Assembly (NCBI RefSeq): GCF_025526975.1
Contig: NW_026515671.1
Span: forward strand, 1-64,000
DNA: 64,000 bases
Direction of reading: 5' to 3'
Source: Fimicolochytrium jonesii
Taxonomy: Eukaryota
Positions 46,421 through 59,448 of the stretch are shown in pieces. The translations under genes and the position numbers were made by a program. The notes under the pieces are model-generated. The model had not been told where the DNA came from. It worked only from the letters and a program-made list of their open reading frames with translations, and made no database searches. The first letter of the stretch is position 1. Each line of letters begins with the position of its first letter.

Positions 46421-46966
46421 ATGGGCCGAACAAATCCCCTCGCCCTCCGCCTCCGCACAACCCTCAACTGGCCCTCCTCCGTCCGCCACCCCCTCCTCGC
46501 TTCCTACATCTCCCACATCTTCCAAACCTCCCTCGCCTCAACCCCCGCAATCCGAGCCTCAACCTCAGGCATATGGGTTAACATCACCATCCTCTCCCCG
46601 CAAAACCAACAACAGCCCCCGCACCCCCTCCTCACATCCCCCCCCGCCGCCCTCGACCTCCGCAACTCCAACCCGCTCGCAGCGCTCGGCAAAATCGACC
46701 GCAGAGTCACAAAGGCGTCCCGCCAGCACGTCTATTTCCGCGACGTGTTCAGAAACAAGGCAAAGAATCCCGTGCAGGCTCTCGGTGGGAGTGAGGACCC
46801 CTTGCGGGCGTTGGCGGTGTATAGGGACACGCCCGTGCATGTCAAGGTGAATGTGATCACCAACCCGCTGCTCAATGCCCAGGTGTGTGCCGCGTTCATT
46901 GCGAGGGAGCTGAATCGGAATAAAACCATGCCGAGGATCTACAAGGGGTTGCTGGGGAAGATGTAG
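46421..46966 (+). CDS. rps3: Bacterial/mitochondrial-type ribosomal protein uS3, N-terminal part only (nuclear-encoded), intronless
   Basis: MGRTNPLALRL..W resembles MGQKVHPNGIRL..W; TPVHVKVNVITNPLLNAQVCAAFIAREL resembles [28 protein letters not shown]; stops before the GIK..SGRL domain. Confidence 0.65.
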   Translation: MGRTNPLALRLRTTLNWPSSVRHPLLASYISHIFQTSLASTPAIRASTSGIWVNITILSPQNQQQPPHPLLTSPPAALDLRNSNPLAALGKIDRRVTKASRQHVYFRDVFRNKAKNPVQALGGSEDPLRALAVYRDTPVHVKVNVITNPLLNAQVCAAFIARELNRNKTMPRIYKGLLGKM

Positions 46967-47430
46967 TGGGCGCTTTTTTCGATCGGGAAGGGAGGAAGGG
47001 GAGGGTTTAGAGATGGCGGCGTCAGTGCAGATGGTTGGGGCAAATGTACATATTTATTCAGTTATACAATAGAACATAACCCAGACGGAGCACATATCAG
47101 CGCTGGGGCTGGCCAGGGCCGAAGAACAATAAATGTACTGTACATAGGTCGGACATCGCTCCGAGACTCGATCTCTTAATGCGCGGCGAAAGTGGGAACA
47201 AGAAAATACGACGATGCCCCAGGATCCATAAGGTATTTCCTTCATTCTATTACCCAAAAAGAGAAACACAACATGACAGATGGTAACGACCGACGAAGAA
47301 CGTATATGTGGCCGGTGAGGGGGATGGGATATCCAAAAAAAAGGGGGGGGGTGATGACTCCGAGATTAGGGGGGCGGATGAGTTGAGTTTTTCGAGACAG
47401 AGGGGGATGCCGGTAGTGTGCGTTTCCTTT

Positions 47431-49122
47431 TCACCGGCGGGTCGCCGTACTCGAAGACCCGCGACTCTTGAAGATAAGCACCAGAAACAAGAAAAACACC
47501 ACGATGGCGAGGAAGATGATGAAGTATTTCGCTTTTGTGTTGTCCTGATATTTCTGCGCCTGCACACCACCCAGAAAAAAAGAAAACACCGCCCATTCAG
47601 CCATCTGTCAATCCCCCTCACACGCACCCCATTTTCCCACTTCACGTACCCTCAACAGCTCCTTATGCGCCTCCTCAACATGCACCCCCGCCATCTCGAC
47701 ATTGTAATCGATCCGATCCAGCACCGTCCCCTGGTCGATCACCATGGTGTGCAGCTCCTTGAAGATGTCGGCGACCCCGAGCATCGATTTGACGATTTCG
47801 TTGATCTCGCGCTCGCGCTCGGTTATGGCGCGTTCGTTGTTTTGCACGGTTGCTAGCTGCGCGTCGGTGAAGACCTGGAGGGGTGAGAGGGGGGGTGGAA
47901 GCGGGGTTAGATGGGTTAGATGGGAGGAATGGGAAAGGAGGGGGACGTACCGCGTCGAGATCGTCATCGGATTCGGTGGGCGGGGCTTCGAGGTTGCCGA
48001 GGGCGTCTTTGCTGCGGATTTCGCGGCCGCGGAGTTCTGCAGGGTGGGGCCGACAGAAGAGGGGAGGAGAGGGGGGACTGTCAGTCGGTTATGGCCCTGC
48101 ATCCCTCGGTGGTCTCCCTCCCGAGCCCTTCCTTTCCCTCTTCTCTTCTCTCCTCCCCTCGCCCAACCCATCCACAAAAACCAAATCTCCAACCTACTCT
48201 GCAAATAGTTCGACTGACTCTTCCTAAACGACCCACTCAGCTCCTGCAGCTTGGTCGCAAGACTCGTCTGGATATTCCGTGCCAGCGCCTGGTTCTGTCG
48301 CCCCGCCCCGCCAAAAGTGTCGTTGTTGCTTTCGAGCGCTATTCGTTTTACTTTGCGTTCGCAGTCGCGGAACATCTGGTGGGGGGGGGGGGGGGGGTTA
48401 GCGGGATGGTGGGGTGGGTGGGAGGTGGGTAAGGGGAATGAGGGACGTACGTCGGTGATAGCGGTCGTGAGTCGGTCGATGGACTGCTCGTCGCTCATTT
48501 GGTCGTCGAAGCCGGGGAGGAGGTGTTTTTTGTGCAGGGCGTCTAGTTCCGTTACTACAAGAGATGATGCGCATGAGAGTCGAGCTTTTTCACGGCGTCG
48601 GAGACATCAACAATGAAGGGAACAAACGTACTCCGCGCTCGTATCCGGTCCACGTCCTCGTCAACCTCGTCTACTACATCGATCCTATGGCGCATGCGGG
48701 GATCGAAAGAAACATGAGTATCAACTTCCCACGCGTAGGTGGAAATGGGTCTCTCAATTCTGTCCCCTCCTCCCAGCTCGTCCGTCGAGGGGAGGTTTGC
48801 CCTCACTGTCGCGGCAATTCGGTCACCCCGCCTCACAGCCCAATCCTCCTCTTAGAAAACCCCCCGGAACCCCTCCTTCATCCCCCATCCCTAAATCCCA
48901 CCCATCACAGATGGAAAAAACCCACCATTTCGGCGGCAACACACTCATCTCCACCACCACCTCAGCATCATGGTCCACCTCATTCGCAATCAAGCCGGCT
49001 TTCTCTGACGTGTCCGTGTGTCTTCCTCCGGTCGCAGTTGATGGTGCAGGTCGGCGGGATGTTGTCCGACTGAAGGAGTTGCGGTATTGGAGGAAGAGGA
49101 GGGTGCGGGAGCGGGTTGCCAT
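47431..49122 (-). CDS. TLG2: Syntaxin-16 / Tlg2 t-SNARE, multi-exon
   Basis: MATRSRTLLFLQYRNSF, LPPKW, HKKHLLPGFDD, LQELSGSFRKSQSNYL, EREREINEIVKS..IFKELHTMVIDQGTVLDRIDYNVE, C-terminal TM. Confidence 0.95.
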
Positions 49123-49243
49123 GATGAAGGGGTGGGGTGGGAGGGGTGGTTGTTAGCCAACGGGGCGGCTGCTGGTGTGTCGAAGACTCGAAGGGCTCTT
49201 GTGGATGTTGTAGGATGGGTCTGTGATTGGTCTGTGATGGCGT

Positions 49244-51322
49244 TTGCTGAAATCAGGAAGATGGGTCCCTCTTCTCGTCTTCGTTTCGCTCCCACTCAAT
49301 TTCAACCCCATTGGCATCGAACGAAGCGGATTGACGCGCAACTACATACGAGTCGCCGAGCACGAAGCACACTTGCGAACCATCGTTGACCAACTGCGCA
49401 ATGAGGCAGTCAGCTATACCGCCAGTCTCGACGCTGCGCATGCCAAAATTGCCAGGCTGACTATCAAGACTGATGAACCTGCAAGGAGCTGCGGGCGTTC
49501 CTGCTCGCGATACCTGACGATCCGCCGCTCACCGCTGGCCCACTTGTCACGCCATCTCCGGGACTTTTCTGGTGCGCACGGATCTAACCCGCAGCGAGGT
49601 AAGCGTCGGTAGCGTCGGCAATCCTTCAAAGGCGTGGGAACTCTTGGAAAGCCGGCCTATTCCGCGTGCGCGTACCACGTGTAGGCCATCCTTTGCCCGG
49701 TCGGGGGGGGGGGGGGGGGGGGGGGGGGGCGCGGGAGGAGGCAATTGGGAGTCAATGGGCGGCTAAATGAGTTCTCAGTTTGCATCTTTTCTGGTATTTT
49801 ACATCCGCTGAGTATGGGTGATGATCGCACCCTAGCGACGCTCGGCAGCAAACGCCTTCGATGGCGTGCTTTGGAGATGCGGATTGCGCCCAAGTTGAAA
49901 AAAAAACCGTGTGCGATTATCGGGTTGGCGCGAGCATCCTGTCCCGTTGTTTACGAAGGACGCCAGCACTTACGTCTTTTGGTTTAGCGAGTGGACCTGG
50001 AGATGAAGCGGGATCGGCGTTTACGTTTGGTAAACCCGGCACGTTCGGTCAACCCCCTCCTGTTCCGCCGGTTTCGAAGAATGCGTCTTTCGTGTCGGCG
50101 AGTGGATCTGGGTCTGCGTCCGGGTCTGGATCTGGATCTGCGCTTCCATCTGGATCCGGACAATCGCCCACATCCCCGACTCGGTGGCGCGAGCAGCCTG
50201 TCCCGCTGTTCACGAAGAACGTGTCTTTTGGGTCGGCAAGTGGACCTGGATCTACGACAACCGACCAGCCCCCTGCTTTCACGTTCGGCCCTCCGCCCAC
50301 CACCTCCTCGTCGTCGTTTGATCCAAGGAGCACGGACGATGGAATTAGGGTTCCCGCTAGGGTTAGGGGCAGCGTGTTTGGACGTGAGTCGGGGAAGGTG
50401 GAGATCACTTCACCGGCTGCCAACGGAAAAGAAAAGCAAACCACCGCGGCCGCAGTCGAGGCGCCGTCACCACCCTTTGGGGAGATGGGTTCAGTTCGGC
50501 AGTTCGGTGGCTGGCTGCTGACGGGAAGGGGACGGACTAGGAAACGACGTCTGCCACTGCGGCGTTTGAAGCGGTGGCGGCACTCTGATCTGCCTCTGCG
50601 TCAGCGGCCTCAACAAACGATAATACCCCTGCGGCAGATCCGCTCAGCCCTACGTTTGGATCGAGAAGCATGGACGCGGAGGTGCCTTCTGGATCTGGTT
50701 AGCACGTTCTCTCGGCCATGACTGGTCGCCAGTCGTCGGCGACACGCTCCCTTCACCGCATCATCGACCCGCACCAAACGGGAAAGGCAAGGAAACCACC
50801 CCCGCAGCCGCTTCGAAGCCCTGGCGTCGTTGTCGGCCGCCTGGAACGAGCGTATATCACCACCCCCGACTGGCGATGGACATGTGGGGCTGCTTGGACG
50901 GTCGAAAATCGTGGTTGGGGCGAGTGTGGAGACGGGACGTGAGGGTGGTTCGAGCGGGACTGCGGATGCTGTCGGTGGATTGACGTCGTCCACAAGTGCT
51001 CCTCGGACGCCACCACGACCCGCCACGTTGAGGCGCACCCAACACCGCACGACCAGCTATACAAAGCAACGACAGCTCCGCCGCGGCTTTTGGTGCGGTG
51101 TCCTCACTACCGTCTTCTTCTTCTTCTTCTTCGGCCATGACTCCTGCGAAGATGTCGAACCGCACGACGCGATCCCAAACCGCTGCCGTTGAACGGGCGA
51201 GACCACCTACGCGCGCCGCTACCGCCGCCGAGGGTACGGGTGGTGGGAGTAGTACTGGAGACGCACGCCCAAAACCATTCACGCGCGCCAACGCCGCCCC
51301 GTGGGGTGGACGGGGGATGTGA
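49244..51322 (+). other. Fragmented low-complexity coding-like region (short coiled coil, FxFG-like repeats); gene or pseudogene of unknown family
   Basis: AFTFGKPGTFGQPP, KNASFVSASG / KNVSFGSASG, AFTFGPPP; no clean spliced model could be built. Confidence 0.3.
49703..49729. repeat. Poly-G tract (27 nt)
   Basis: Seen directly. Confidence 0.9.
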
Positions 51323-51338
51323 AGGGGAGCGAGCATTC

Positions 51339-51366
51339 TATGTATGTATGTATGTATGTATGTATG
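51339..51366. repeat. (TATG)7 microsatellite
   Basis: Seen directly. Confidence 0.9.
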
Positions 51367-51685
51367 GGATGGACGTTTGGGGAATGGGGTATGGGGTATG
51401 TGAGGTTTCAACTGGTGGGATGTCCAGTATTCTTGCGAAAACGTGATTGAGATCGGATAGGATGGGCTCATATGCATATATCGTAACGATATCGGGTCGG
51501 GTTGATGTGGGTGTGGTGTTGGGAATCGCAAAAGTGTTACCCCCCCTTGTTCGTTGTCATTTGATATGTAATGTAGCATTACAGATTTTGGTGTGAAATG
51601 TCAAGGACCTCCTACTTTTATCCCGTCTTCCTCAAAAAGAAATCCCATGCGATATACTGTATGTACAAGACGCACACAACACAAC

Positions 51686-54600
51686 TCAGACCCCCGCGTC
51701 ATCCCCATCCCCATCCGCACTCCACCCATCCATCTCCCTGTCATGCGTCCATTGATACCCCAAATCCATCCCGCGCCCACCCCCACCCATCGTCCCCTGC
51801 TGCGACACAAGCGACGGCGACACAGTCGCGAGACGCGCTTTTGGTGGTGAGTATTCTACGTATCGCGCTTCGTCGTCGTCGACCGGTAGGTGTTGTTGGT
51901 ATTGATAAGGTTGGTGGTGAGCTACGGACCCTGCGAACCCTCCGGATCCAACGGTGACGGCTCTCCCAACGTGTGCGCGATAAGGTGGCGATGAGGAGGT
52001 GTATGTGCCGTGGTGTTCCTGTTCCTGTTCGCCGTCGGACCGCTGTCCGTGTTGATGCGTGAGGGTGACAGCCCTCCCAACCTGTGCACGCTGCGGAGAT
52101 GCCGAGGCGGGACGAGATGGGGTTGAGGCGACGCGATGGGCCTGTTGTGCGGCGGTTGGGTGGTGGGGGTGGGCGTGGGATGCGTGATTCGCACCGTCAT
52201 CATCATCATCTCCATGTACCACAACCGCCTTCTTCGGGTATCCCGCCGGCGACTGCACCTCCCACTCCCCCGTTGGATGCTTGAACGGACTGCTCGGGTT
52301 GACAGTCGACTGCTGGGGGTGCAGCGGCACGAGATTCTGCACACTCCCGAGCGGATCAGCTTCCTTCTTCGTAAGACTGTGTGTGCTTACGAAGAAGCGG
52401 GTTAGAGGGAAAGCGGGTTTGCGTGTTGTAGAGGGCCGGTCGGTGGGATTTGAGGGGTCGGGTTGGGTGGTGGTGTCTGAGATGATGTATGCGCGGGTGG
52501 GCTGGGGAGGGGTTTCGTGGGTGTATGTTACGGGCGGCTGTTGCTCATGGGTGTGCGGGTCCTGTGAAGTTGACGTAGATGCCCGGTGTTGGGCGGACCA
52601 TCTCTGCTCCTCACGTCCCTCACCAGCCTCTCCACCCCCGTCGTCTCTCAAAGGGGAATTCCCCCCTACCGGCGAAACCGCCGCACTCCGATCAATCTCC
52701 GCCAACACCTTCACCATCTCCAATTTATCCACCCTGGGCATGTCCCATTTAACCTGCCCAGCCTCCACGTCCCCCTTCCTAACCCTCCTCTCCATGCGTT
52801 TCTTCAAGACTCTTGCGCGCGTGCGTTCTCTGGAGTCTTCTAGGGGGTTGTTAGCGGTAGGGTCGGCTAGGCGATGGGCGGCGCGAAGGAGGGTGGGGAG
52901 GAGGAGGGTGCCGGTGAGGCTGAGGATGAGGAGGGAGAGGTGGAGGGCGTCGAGGGATGGGAGGGCGCCGTCGCAGATTGCTAGTTCCATGTCTACGGTA
53001 TTGATCGCGGGGGCGTCGCAGCGGTAGTTTGTGTTGAGGTTGGTGTTGGTGGTGGAGAGGGCCATGGCTTTGATATCTGCGCGAGATGCCGCGATACGGT
53101 CCGTGATCTTCGGTTTGTTGGCGTCGAGATAATTAGTTAACGATGAGTTGACGGTTTGGAAATCTGAAGGGATCCGGGTAGCCGAGTCGCTGATTGCGTT
53201 AAGTGCCGGTGTCATGCTAGTTCGCAGGTCTTCAACGGCCGTAATCCGCCTCAACACGGCTTGTAGCTCGGTATCGCGGATAGAGATGTATTCGTTTCGG
53301 ACGGCGGTTATCCGGCGCTGCAGACGATTGATTGCGTCTTGGAGAGCGTCAGGCAATACAGCGGTGGTGTTAACATCCGACGCCTGGATTTTCGGATAGT
53401 TATCGGCATCGGTTTCGGCAGACGTGCCGTGAAGGCTGTCTATAATCTTCTGGACGGTCGTCTTCAGGGCATCAACAGCCGAGCGGAGATCGATCAAATC
53501 CGTGCTCGGATAATTTGCTATAATCGAAGAAAGCGTAGTAGCGATAGATGGCGCGATCGAGAGGTCACCAGGATCTCCAATAACCGCTCTACATTCACAA
53601 ACAAAGAATCAGCCTTCAGCTTTCTGGACCCACCCGATCCCACCCCCTAACTCACCCAACACTCATCCCCCCCGCAACCCCCCCAAACTCCTGCCCGTCC
53701 AAAATCCCGGCAAGCTTGGCAGGCAGGGTTTGGATCGAGTAGTTCAGAGTCGTGGGGGGTATGACCCCGTCCAAGATCTCTAGAAAGGCTGTGCGCGCGA
53801 TGCAGCTGTCGCGCGCTAGGAGGGCTTTGGTGTAGGTGGTTGATGCGGTTGGGTTGAGGGATGTGAGTAGGGAGGTCATTGTAGCTGTGCCGTTGGTGCT
53901 GCGGTCGGATATGATGGTGCATGCTGCAAGTTCGATGAATCAGTAATGGCAGATTTTCGAACAAAGGCAGACAGACGGTTGACAGACGGTTGCGTACCTT
54001 CCCCAAGAAGAATACTAGCGCACAACAAGACAACAGTCGAAAACAGTGCCAACAGCGTATACGGCACAGCTCCACACAAGCAACATCGGACAACAGCGGG
54101 TTTCTTTCGCCCAATGCCGATGTGCACCGTTGCTAAGATCACTGCCGGTAAGGAGAAGAGGATACCCAGGATGAACCATCTACACGTATCGTGATGAGGT
54201 CAACTTTAGCGAGGTACGCTGCGAGTATCAGCCGCCTCGATATGTCACACCTGTATAGTTTATATTTCGGATATACGGCCGCCATCGTATCCACCGTCGG
54301 CTGAACATCATCAATCGAAGCATTCAACGCCGCCAGTGCTCCTACGATGTCCATTCGGAGTAGCGCGTCCACCGTCGACGTGAAATTATTCTGTATATCT
54401 AAAGGACCGAACGAGATAACAGTCAGACGAGGAACGAAGATAGACACCCTACGCGTTGCAAAATGCATCATTTACCAACAATCCCAACTTCCTGCACACC
54501 CCTTAACGTGCTCGGCAAATCTCCCGCCGCGCCTGCCGCCGACACCGCGATCGCTGCCATGTCCGGTACAGTAGCCAAATAATTCACCAACTGGTCAGTG

Positions 54601-55988
54601 AGACTATCCGAGTTCATCGCTGCATCGCGTGGGGTGTCTAAGGTGGTCTCGTCCGGTACGGTTGGAACCGGTGAGACGTTCCATTTGTACTGGTAATTGA
54701 CGCCCCCGGAGTCGAAGTTGACGAAGGAGGTGAGGAGGGTTGCGGCGTCGTTGTTATCGATGAGGGCGGTTTGCAGTTTGGTGACGTCTCCGTTGGCTGT
54801 GTTTGCTAGGGCTGCTTTCTGGTTCATAAAGGTGGTGCTTATGTTGAGGAGCGCGGTTGTCAGATTCCCCATTGCCTGGCTGCTGCTGACGAGGGTGGCG
54901 ATCTGGGATTGTATAGGGGCGACGCTCTCAGAGGCCGTGAAGTAATGGGCAGCCGTACGTAATTGGGCGGAGGTCCCGTTTTCGACGGCGAGGAATGTGT
55001 CGTTGACTGTCGCGCTGAAGTTCGTGACGGTGTTTTTGACGTTCCGGAAGGAGTAGTCCGTGGAGTCGGAGAAGATGTAGACTGAGCGGTCGAGGTATTG
55101 TGTGGCTGAGAAGCCCCATGCTATAGCTGCTCTGCGGAATCAGTTAGCATATGTAGCGTGATCTGATGAAAATATCGATCCAGGTGGAAACTCACACCCA
55201 GAACAGGGAGATGATGCCTAGGCTGGTTCCAGTTCGCGCCTTCTGCGCAAAGGTGTAGGGCTCTTTCTGCGTGCGCTGCAGCCTTGTCTTTCGTGTCCAC
55301 CACACGAAACATCCGCTACAGCACGTCATCAGAAATATGAGGAGAAGGAATCCCACAAATATCGCTACAGGCTGGACGGTGAAGCCTTCTAATGTCAACG
55401 AATGCACAAATGGACCCAGTTTGCATCAAACATTCGCTCACCAGGAAGTACGTCTTCAAGGCATCCTGATCAAAAGTAACGGTCTTCACCGAGCTGGATG
55501 AGTTGCCGGATGAGTGGCCAATGATCGGCAACGGCATGTGGGGGCCATTCCGCTGACGGAGGCGAGTAAGGCGCCCGATGTTCGTCCAGATCCAGAGACC
55601 ATACCCAGGCTGGGACAATTCGGCATAGTAGCTGCTCGAATTGGCCAAGGGATCGGCTGTATTTATCGCTTCGAAACTTCGTCGCTGGCGATGTACATTT
55701 GATGCGTTGATGGGCGTTACATCTGCTACGTCGGATGATGGACGTTATCATACTGGTCCCCTGATTTCAGATTATGTGCATAGAGGCCGACCGCGGCACT
55801 TACTCCTGGAAACAGCCCGGACGTCCCTCGCTACAAATAATGGTGTCCCTGAATAAGTCTTCAAGTAACTTTCTGCCTTTCAAAAGGCTGCCTCCTGGTA
55901 TCCTACCATACGACGCGCGCGTTCCTGTGAGCTCAGCCAAACCCGACCATATCCACAGCGTCGCTAAATACCGAAGGCGCACCCGCAT
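51686..55988 (-). CDS. Large multi-pass membrane glycoprotein with prominin/tweety-like topology; start uncertain
   Basis: TM1 followed by CCSGC, TM2, long helical N-glycosylation-rich loop, TM3/TM4 with CCLC, second helical loop, C..AICDG..LDALH plus a final TM, disordered tail. Confidence 0.55.
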
Positions 55989-57273
55989 CTCCGTTCATGT
56001 ACAAGTGGCCATGCGTCGCAAGGAGCGCTGGAGAAGCTACGGCTAGGGACTTCATGGCGGCGACGGCCATATGGATGTGCGTCAGCATAACCTTGTAGCA
56101 TCGTGTAAACCGGTTTGAGTAGGCATATTGTTTGACGCGAGGAAGAAAGCTCTTATTGTCCAGGCTGTCCAGGTTTGTGACCCGCCACACCGTGTAGCCG
56201 TTACATGGTAGCGACTGGAGTTGCCCCGAGAGATGAGGACGTTCACCGAAGCCGCTGCGAACGTGGGTTCCCCTCTAAAGGTGCGTGTGCAGCTAGCTGG
56301 CTGCCTGCCTCCAAGATGCCTCCAAGACGCAACTCCGGATGCCCCTTCCAACGCGTTGTGGCCAGGAATGGCTCTCGGCTGGCTCTCGGACCTCAATCAT
56401 CCAGGACCTACTATCCTAGTACGGTGCTGCATCGCTGACCGCCGGTATCGGACGCAACGCCTCTGGGACCTTGCACAACGTCTCTCCACCGGCATCACGA
56501 CGAGAGCCACGACTTGGGTTGCGACGAGTTCGACTTAATCGCAAGACGAGTCACCAAGAGCAAAGAGTTTTGTTCGGGACCTGCACTTTTCGCAGATAAT
56601 GCAACGGATCATTTGCGGTTAGGTTGACTATGAAAACCATTTCGATGGGACTCGGTTCAGACGCCAGAATCGGGACATTCAACGCTACACAAACGATTCC
56701 CTGGTCGCCATGGTATCAGCGATAACGAAACCCCCAAACAGGCATTGCTGCGGGTGTTTTCAAATTGATGCAATCAAATTACGAGGCTCCGGCGTCCACA
56801 ACGCAGCCTACCACCTCGTCGACCACCACTTCATCAATTCTTCCAACTCCGACGGCGGTTGCGGATCGTTCTCTGCGTACGTTTGTTAATCACACTGATG
56901 TTAGGATGTGGTGTAGGTTTAATTTGGTGTTAGTTTGTTTATTCCGACTTTGTCGATGGTGACGTGGACACGTCGGCATGAAACTCGTTCGCGCGAAAAG
57001 CAACAGAGTGGGCGATCGGCCCGTTGGGTGGCATCCAGATAGGCGGCGTATGTCTACATAGCTACGTACTCGGGGTCATCGGGGACCGAGGACGGTGGCC
57101 AACGGACAACCATACTGGACAATCCATGCACTTTGGTCCCCCGGACCTCAATTTCCGTTTCTCGGCACCGGTACGTCCGTCTGACGATCCGGGAAGGCGC
57201 GTGCATCTGAAAACACGCACCTGCGGACCGTTAACCTGCTGGAGTTTCGCAGCAAAGACACGGCGACTCAAGT

Positions 57274-59238
57274 ATGATTGCCGATATCAACCGGAACGTT
57301 CCAGTCGAGGGGGTGTCGCTTCGAACAAGCGCTGAGTTGGAAGCTAAGAAGAGGACGGAATGGTGCTTGCGCGTTGAGGCATTTCCACCGCAACGCTTTT
57401 CGTCGAGAATAAGACCGATTCGGTCGTTTTGCAAGATTGAAATAATTATGCCTCGACGCGGCACGCGGATCAATCTTCTGTCCGTTGTGGACTGGTTGTC
57501 GGGCCCAAAGAAGCCCCAATCTGTGCGTCGATCTACGCAATGCCAGCTGGAAACTGCAACCCGGCCAAACATGAGAGAACAAGCGTCTGTCGCTCGGGCT
57601 AAGCCGGAAGCAGATCTTAGACGGCAAGAAGCGATTCTCGCACAATGAGCGGACGACGAAAGAAGCAGATGAGCGCAGAATGTCGATACTGAAACAGTTA
57701 CTCAAGCTCAAGACGGAAGTGATGAAGCCAAAGATACTCAGTCTGAATCATCGTCAGTTTGATGGAACGGCCACGGAATCGTGGTACGATGACCCAGTAA
57801 CGCGCCATCTGGAGTCAAAGAGAAGGTTCCCTGATGTCGTCGCCCGAGGCCTCTCGGAGAAACGGGCATCTGCGCAAACCTATTACCAGTCACTTGTCAA
57901 CGCTAAGGACTTCTCATTGGGCCACGGCATCCGACCTGCTCATTATGCCCAATTAACGGAATCGATTCCCCAAGACCTTCAAGACATCATAAATGATGCG
58001 TTTCGACTGGGCAGGCGTGTGAGCCTATACTGTTTTACTGACGGTTTCCTGACGAAAGGCTCCAGTAGAGGCAGCTCTAGCGTGCGGTTAAGAAGAAAAC
58101 CCGGAGCTGCAAAGCGGCGTTGAGGTGTGACTGGTGATCGGTTTGTGCAGAAACCCCATCTATCGGAGGGGCTTTTGGGGCGTCTGCATAAATCCATCAC
58201 TCGTCAGCGCCATGGACTTCTTGTTGGGCCTGCGGTATCGAACATGTTCAGTATGCCCGACGCACACGGAGGCGATTGATGGTTTCCTCACATCTGGATG
58301 GGGAAGCACAGCTCGGTTCGCCACCTGCTATCCGATCCCGGTCCAATTGGAATAAGGGCGCCACCAAGCTCCCCAACTGGCGATTCCTGCAAGAAGCCTC
58401 AAGAAGCCGACGTGGAAGGCTTGTCATCATTGGAGGTGTTGAACGTGATTCAAGGGTCAATGCTGGCTTTGAAAATGTGGACGGCGAAAGGCATCCCCGA
58501 CTTGATGCTGTATGCGGTGACGACCACTGAGCTGTACGAAGCGTGCGAGGGAATCGCCCATGGTAAGTAATGTGTTTTTTTCCGGTATCGAGAATTGACA
58601 AGTTCACTTACATTGATCACCAGTGACACTACGGGAACGGGCAAAAAGCATCAATCCAGATATGTTTCACTCCTGTACTGCTACCCAAGGCATACAAACG
58701 GGAACAACCAACCCGTTCACTAACGGCGATTGCCGTATCGGGAATCTGGCCGCGAGCAAGAAGTGCATCGGCTTCGTATGGAGGGTAGCGCCGGAGGTGG
58801 GATACACCTCCGAGGTTGGCCCCCGGTCCGTCTTCCCACTGACTGTGGCAAGCGCCTGGCATGCCGCTCGGCACTGCCACCCCCACACCATCACCACTAC
58901 GCATATGGGAATAGGGCCAGAGAATGTCCTACGCAGTCTTGGACGCGGTGAAGCTGTACGGTGATGCAAACATCTTCACCGCAAACACCGCTATCACAAT
59001 CCTGGTGGAAGATCGCGCTCTGCAAACTCAAGAGTCACCTGTTAGCTGGCCTTGCAATTGGGACGCTGTCTCGCGATTCAACATCCTCAAGCATGCCTGC
59101 GATGGGAGTGGCAGGACGACACTTGAGGAGGCCACGAAGCTGTACGCATTACAGCCAGCCGTAGGGCACCCATTTGAAGCTCAGAGACTTGTGATCACCT
59201 TCCAGGAGGAAGAGGATGCGCTGCTAAATGCTCACTAG
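57274..59238 (+). pseudogene. Decayed ORF with many stops and frameshifts; possibly a former P-loop NTPase
   Basis: Chain of same-strand ORF fragments; GLLVGPAVSN (~58213) and RLVIIGGVE (~58418) could be ruined Walker A/B motifs. Weak. Confidence 0.3.
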
Positions 59239-59448
59239 ACGGAGCTAGATGTAGCGTAGCGTATGTTATCGTTTTTATTAGATACATCTTCCCAATGTTG
59301 AAAAGTTGCACCGCACTCCTCGCACTCGGCCTCGCACTCCGACATGCTTGTGTGACTCTCCGCGTTGCGAGATCGCCCATTTCCAGTTTCCGCTCGTCGT
59401 TCTCCCAGAAGCGTCTTGCACAAGTGAAGGGCATCTCCGTATGAAAGC

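Noticed and set aside
50355..50369. CTAGGGTTAGGGG telomere-like motif
   Set aside because: Two units inside a G-rich coding-like stretch; compatible with chance.
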